From the NCBI GenBank assembly GCA_041492755.1, contig JBGPXN010000081.1, positions 1 through 20,061 on the forward strand: a DNA stretch of 20,061 nucleotides, in the 5' to 3' direction. The position numbers were made by a program, and so were the translations under genes. Below are positions 17,289 through 20,061 of the stretch, one piece after another (the first letter of the stretch is position 1; each line of letters starts with the position of its first letter). The notes below the pieces were generated by a model. The model made no database searches, was not told where the DNA came from, and saw nothing but the letters and a program-made list of their open reading frames with translations. This stretch comes from Candidatus Methylomirabilia bacterium (GTDB taxonomy: Bacteria > Methylomirabilota > Methylomirabilia > Rokubacteriales > CSP1-6).

Positions 17289-17960
17289 GATATGACTTCC
17301 ACTGTCAAGAGCATTCGCCGGCTTCAGGATCGCACGGGCTTGTTCCTCCGCTCGGCCCCCGGTCCATCCGGAGCCAGGAGCCCATCCGGCGGCCCATCGC
17401 CCGCACCCTGTGGCGGCCGGGAGCGCGCAGCGCGGGTCAAGGGCGGCGGAGCCGCCGAGCCCCGGCGAGGGCACCCTTGACGCGCGCGAGCACTCCCCGG
17501 CAGCATCGGACCGCGATGGGCCCGCGTCGAATCCTGCGGTACCGGTCGGGCCGTCGGCTTACATCGCGGATGTCTCCGGCAAAGAACCGGGTTGCTTCAT
17601 GCGGTGCTCGAGCCACCGGAAGAGGCGGAGCCCGTAACAGCGACGGTTGATCATGCTGATATCCGTGGGTTGGCTACCACCTTACTGGTGTCCGTCGCGG
17701 CGCCTGCTTCGCTCTAGAGACGAGGGTCGTGGCCGCCTCATAACGCGATCGAAGATTGCGCCGAAACCGGGGCCGCGCCGCCGCCGATGGCTCGAGTTCG
17801 TGATCATCACGATTGCTGCGGTCCGTCTATCTCCTCAAGGCCGCCGCCGGTCACGAGGCCAGCGGCACGATGCGCGCGATCACCCACGCGAAGGCCGCCA
17901 TCTCGCGGGCCATCGCCACCACCACCTGGTTCCCAGGCTGAGAAGATACGCGAGCCCAAC
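17289..17960 (-). mobile_element. Non-autonomous IS110/IS1111-family remnant inserted in attC2
   Basis: Contains a transposase C-terminal fragment and a ~560-nt structured 3' non-coding region with outward-facing TTGACA near the end. Removing it rejoins GTT+AGAGGC, the exact complement of attC3 GCCTCTAAC. Confidence 0.72.
17851..17934 (-). pseudogene. IS110-family transposase C-terminal fragment
   Basis: GNQVVVAMAREMAAFAWVIARIVPLAS* resembles the IS110 C-terminal helix motif (vvvAiARel..f.W.i). Confidence 0.72.
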
Positions 17961-17971
17961 AGAGGCGGCTT

Positions 17972-19516
17972 ATGATGCTGAACCCCATCGGGCATCCCAC
18001 ACTGGATCGGCGAAAGTTCCTGTTCGGCTGTGCGGCAGCCAGTCTGTCCGGCTGCTCCGTCGCGATATCGCGGCCGCCAGAGGATGAGCGCACGGTCGAA
18101 TTTGCCGTGGTGATCCGCGGCGGGCGAGTGATCGATCCCGGCCAAGGTCTCGACCGGTCCGTGGATCTTGCGATCGAGGATGCGCGCATCGCGGCCGTCG
18201 GTTTCAACCTGCGCGGGCGCATCGTCCTCGATGCCGCGGGTTGTGTGGTCGCGCCCGGGTTCGTCGACCTGCACAGCCACGCACAGAGCGTGGCCGGGCA
18301 TCGGCTGCAGGCCTTCGACGGCGTCACGACAACACTCGAGCTGGAGGCTGGCGCGAGCCCGGTGGCGGCAGCCTACGCCCGGGCTAGCGTCGAGGGCCGG
18401 CCATTGAACTATGGCTACTCCGCCTCCTGGACAGCCGCCCGGATCCAAGTGCTCACCGGCCACCGGGGCGATGGGCGGGCGACGACGATGCTGGCCCGCT
18501 TCGCCGATACGGCCTGGCAGCGCGAAGCCACCGCCGCCGAGGAGGACCGCATCCTCGGGCTGCTGGAGGCCGAGCTGGCCACGGGAGCCCTCGGAATCGG
18601 CGTGCTGGTAGGCTACGCGCCAGGGACAAGCTTCGGGGAGTACCGTCGCGTCGCGCGGCTCGCGGCGGCGAGCCGCGTGCCGACGTACACGCACGCGCGC
18701 GATCTCGTCGACTTCGCTCCCGATACGCGCATGGACGGTGCCGAGGAGCTGGTGCGCACCGCTGCCGAGACCGGCGCACACATGCACTTTTGCCACGTGA
18801 ACAGCACCTCGGGACGCCACGTGGACCGGGTCCTCGCCTTGGTCGACCGGGTGCGACGCGAGGGCGCGGTCGTCACCACGGAGGCGTATCCCTATGGCGC
18901 CGGCATGACGGTGATCGGGGCCGTGTTCCTCGCCCCCGAGCGGCTGGCGTCGCGCGGTCTGCACCCCACGGACATTGTCTACGTGCCGACGAATGAACGG
19001 GTACGCGACGCCGAGCACCTGAGCCGCTTGCGTGCCACCGATCCAGGTGGCCGCTGCATCGTGCACTTCCTCGACGAGACGAAGGCGGCGGACACTGCGG
19101 TGATGCGCGCGACGCTGGTCCATGAGGACACCATGGTGGCCAGTGACGCGCTACCCCTGATCGGGCTTGGCTCCGCGACCGAGTGGGCGTGGCCGCTGCC
19201 GCCTAGCGCCCGCACGCACCCGCGCACCGCGGGAACGTTCGCGCGCTCGTATCGACGCCTGGTCGGGGAGGGCACACTGAGCATTGCCGAGTTCATCCGA
19301 CGCGCGAGCTTGCTCCCCGCCGGCGTGCTCGCGGCGGCCGTCGGCGGGGCCGCGCGCAAGGGCACGCTCGCCGTGGGAGCGGATGCCGACGTCGTTGTGT
19401 TCGAGCCGGATGCGTTCCGCGACCGAGCGACCTACGAGGCCTCGACACAGCCGTCGACGGGGGTCCGGCATCTTCTGGTCGGCGGAGAGCCCGTCCGACC
19501 GGTGCGGAGGTTTTGA
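17972..19516 (+). CDS. Cassette 3: D-aminoacylase-like amidohydrolase with Tat lipoprotein signal
   Basis: Twin-arginine DRRKFL and lipobox LSGC. VIRGGRVIDP, APGFVDLHSH, DGVTTTLELEAG, HPRTAGTF and KGTLAVGADADVVVF motifs. Confidence 0.9.
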   Translation: MMLNPIGHPTLDRRKFLFGCAAASLSGCSVAISRPPEDERTVEFAVVIRGGRVIDPGQGLDRSVDLAIEDARIAAVGFNLRGRIVLDAAGCVVAPGFVDLHSHAQSVAGHRLQAFDGVTTTLELEAGASPVAAAYARASVEGRPLNYGYSASWTAARIQVLTGHRGDGRATTMLARFADTAWQREATAAEEDRILGLLEAELATGALGIGVLVGYAPGTSFGEYRRVARLAAASRVPTYTHARDLVDFAPDTRMDGAEELVRTAAETGAHMHFCHVNSTSGRHVDRVLALVDRVRREGAVVTTEAYPYGAGMTVIGAVFLAPERLASRGLHPTDIVYVPTNERVRDAEHLSRLRATDPGGRCIVHFLDETKAADTAVMRATLVHEDTMVASDALPLIGLGSATEWAWPLPPSARTHPRTAGTFARSYRRLVGEGTLSIAEFIRRASLLPAGVLAAAVGGAARKGTLAVGADADVVVFEPDAFRDRATYEASTQPSTGVRHLLVGGEPVRPVRRF

Positions 19517-19562
19517 TCGCAGCGCGAGTGCCTTTGGCTATAGCCGGTGCGTCCGATCGGGC

Positions 19563-19621
19563 CTCTAACCCCGGGCTCAGCGGCCGCGCCAGAGCCCGCG
19601 CCGCTGAACCCATCGTTGGGC
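19563..19621 (+). other. attC site 3 (59 bp)
   Basis: R'' CTCTAAC, palindrome TCAGCGGC(C)GCG...CGCGCCGCTGA, R' GTTGGGC matching GTTRRRY. Confidence 0.85.
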
Positions 19622-19641
19622 CGTGGCCAAGCTCGGGCGAC

Positions 19642-19670
19642 TTCATGGCGACCCTGACGCCTGATAGGGT
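19642..19670 (+). promoter_or_regulatory. Candidate promoter of the toxin-antitoxin cassette
   Basis: TTCATG-17 nt-TAGGGT ends 6 nt before the GTG start, which suggests a leaderless mRNA. An ACCCT/AGGGT inverted repeat overlaps it. Confidence 0.35.
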
Positions 19671-19676
19671 GGAACG

Positions 19677-19913
19677 GTGCCGACGGTGCTGCGGGCCGGC
19701 CAGTCCCGTTTCCTCTTCTACTCGAGCGACGCGGAGAAGCCGCCGCACGTTCACGTCGAGCGAGATGACAACAGCGCCAAGTTCTGGCTGAGCCCCGTTC
19801 GCCTCCAGAGCAGTGGTGGCTTCAAGCCTGTTGAGGTTCGCCGGATTCAACGGTTGGTTGAGCAACACCGAGAAGCGTTGCTGAGGAGCTGGGATGCCTA
19901 CTTCAACGCGTGA
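19677..19913 (+). CDS. Cassette 4: DUF4160 family protein (putative type II toxin-antitoxin component)
   Basis: MPTVLR...RFLFYS.D..KPPHVHV......AKFWL...W..YF family pattern; 78 aa. Confidence 0.88.
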   Translation: MPTVLRAGQSRFLFYSSDAEKPPHVHVERDDNSAKFWLSPVRLQSSGGFKPVEVRRIQRLVEQHREALLRSWDAYFNA

Positions 19914-20061
19914 CCTTTTGGCCGCCCGCGCGGTGGACGTCAAAGTGACGGACGACGAGCTTACCGTCCAGCTCGAGGATGGCCGAACGTTGGCGGTGCC
20001 ACTCGTCTGGTATCCGCGCCTTCTCCACGGCAGCAAGCGCGAACGCGCGCGGTGGCGCTTC
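19894..20061 (+). CDS. Cassette 4: DUF2442 family protein (partner of DUF4160), truncated by window end
   Basis: GAGGAG RBS and ATG 19894 give MPTSTRDLLAARAVDVKVTDDELTVQLEDGRTLAVPLVWYPRLLHGSKRERARWRF. Overlaps the upstream gene by 20 nt; absent from the ORF track. Confidence 0.88.
   Translation, partial: MPTSTRDLLAARAVDVKVTDDELTVQLEDGRTLAVPLVWYPRLLHGSKRERARWRF

Noticed and set aside
17954..17960. GCCCAAC as the R'' box of another attC
   Set aside because: No palindrome or GTT partner follows at attC spacing; the sequence runs straight into a coding region.
17181..18087. Short ORFs within 17181-18087 as cassette genes
   Set aside because: Low-complexity Arg/Pro/Gly-rich translations without RBS. 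The region is better explained as attC2 plus an IS non-coding end.
1..20061. Genome-wide TGA reassignment (Trp or Gly)
   Set aside because: Most genes here end in TGA at expected family C-termini, often in ATGA/GTGA overlaps, and Trp is encoded by TGG.
1..20061. CRISPR array, tRNA (including selC) or rRNA
   Set aside because: No regularly spaced repeats or recognisable structural RNA genes seen; the spaced palindromes are attC sites.

Overview
Very GC-rich bacterial window. Composition and gene families resemble Candidatus Rokubacteria/Methylomirabilota (inference only). Positions 1-14450 hold small-molecule transport and catabolism genes: a NitT/TauT ABC operon, a cyclase, orphan permeases, an amidohydrolase, an alpha/beta hydrolase and a CADD-like diiron oxidase + Rieske + GlcG/HbpS operon. 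The ORF track misses a coupled pair of predicted exported selenoproteins at 4214-5295: a Cys-free peroxiredoxin (FTPT-U) and a TlpA-like thioredoxin (WATW-U-PTC). Each is split by an in-frame TGA at the catalytic position, and the second has a good bacterial SECIS hairpin. Positions 15006-20061 form a decayed integron: an internally deleted intI, a putative attI and three attC sites. Its four cassettes encode a GIY-YIG protein, an ABC substrate-binding protein, a Tat-lipoprotein amidohydrolase and a DUF4160/DUF2442 toxin-antitoxin pair. A 672-bp IS110-derived insert with a long structured non-coding region (candidate bridge/seek RNA) splits the R' box of attC2. Several deletion-derived gene remnants are scattered through the window.
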